From the NCBI GenBank assembly GCA_964581105.1, contig CAZOMB010000004.1:672-64671 (forward strand): 64,000 bases of DNA, given 5' to 3'. Positions 63,781 through 64,000 of the stretch are shown here, piece after piece. A program made the position numbers and the translations under genes. How positions within the stretch are numbered: position 1 is the stretch's first letter; every line of letters starts with the position of its first letter. A model generated the notes under the pieces. It was not told the DNA's origin. It saw only the letters and a list, made by a program, of their open reading frames with translations, and searched no databases. The DNA comes from Candidatus Micrarchaeota archaeon. Its GTDB lineage: Archaea > Micrarchaeota > Micrarchaeia > Anstonellales > Anstonellaceae.

Positions 63781-64000
63781 TTGATTCAGGGTGAGTGCTT
63801 GTCATTTGCAAGAGGGGCTGCAATTACCATTGCAGCAATACTGATTGTCCTGATACTAATAGCTGGCTATTTGGGGTTTATACCTGGGCTTTCTGACATA
63901 ATGGGCTCTGGCCCCCGTGACCTTGGAATTTCCTATAATGAAGGGGATTATTTGAACAGCCTTGCAAAAGTGCCTGGTCACTCTGTGTCAAATGCAGAGC
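63781..64000 (+). CDS. Membrane protein, 5' partial view (it continues beyond the window end)
   Basis: The frame is open from the TAG at 63778 to the window end. It encodes the hydrophobic segment AAITIAAILIVLILIAGYLGFIPGL. The start is uncertain (TTG 63781/63799 or ATG at about 63898). Confidence 0.3.
   Translation, partial: MIQGECLSFARGAAITIAAILIVLILIAGYLGFIPGLSDIMGSGPRDLGISYNEGDYLNSLAKVPGHSVSNAE

Overview
This is a 64-kb archaeal chromosomal segment. The archaeal assignment rests on the ftsZ-secE-spt5 operon, archaeal-type uL11, aRF1, TyrRS, a DGGGP-synthase-like UbiA enzyme, TATA/BRE-like promoters and oligo-T terminators. Overall composition, the scrambled ribosomal-protein neighbourhood and a stand-alone 5S gene suggest a small-genome (possibly DPANN-like) archaeon.

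From start to end the window contains:
- 1 to 12.5 kb: a cell-surface glycan biosynthesis locus with two sugar-1-P nucleotidyltransferases, a Wzx-like flippase, a GlmM/ManB-type mutase, a GalE-like epimerase, an AglH/WecA-like GlcNAc-1-P transferase, a GT-C membrane glycosyltransferase, an HTH_10 regulator and an odd duplicated Cys-rich protein.
- 12.5 to 18.5 kb: isoprenoid-lipid and purine genes (HMG-CoA reductase, agmatinase, UbiA prenyltransferase, purC, purE, a TrmI-like methyltransferase).
- 18.5 to 24.5 kb: an acidic lipoprotein, an S-layer-like paralog, rpl11 and a PQQ beta-propeller protein.
- 25 to 27 kb: the conserved ftsZ-secE-spt5 operon. secE is shorter than 60 aa and is missing from the ORF track.
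- 27 to 29.2 kb: an AMP/thymidine-phosphorylase-family gene, a solitary 5S rRNA and a HicB-HicA toxin-antitoxin pair.
- 29.2 to 35.8 kb: a tightly packed six-gene cluster built around a HerA/VirB4-type (FtsK-HerA superfamily) ATPase, with small 2-TM proteins, a coiled-coil/wHTH protein and an 877-aa bitopic membrane protein. This is the best candidate for an undescribed membrane translocation, DNA-transfer or pilus-like system.
- 35.8 to 43.1 kb: glycogen-type GT4 and GH57 genes, a low-GC two-gene islet of unknown proteins, and a Cdc48-like double-AAA ATPase whose N-domain is replaced by a polytopic membrane domain.
- 43.1 to 46.3 kb: a codon-optimised, long-leader surface (S-layer candidate) protein. 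Its paralog at 19.6 kb carries the same domains in permuted order.
- 46.4 to 53.8 kb: tyrS, an extracytoplasmic Lon-like S16 peptidase, argG and a beta-carbonic anhydrase.
- 53.9 to 56.5 kb: aRF1 interrupted by a 163-aa mini-intein immediately after the catalytic GGQ motif, and a second FtsZ-family gene.
- 57.2 to 58.6 kb: an SRP (7S) RNA and a tRNA-Ser(GCU) with a 57-nt non-canonical intron in the T-loop.
- 58.7 to 64 kb: tandem VirB2/TrbC-like small 2-TM paralogs, a PAC2/PbaB-type proteasome chaperone with a C-terminal HbYX motif, superoxide dismutase, and a 940-aa Cys-rich secreted protein with tandem repeats.

No CRISPR array, transposase or integrase was seen.
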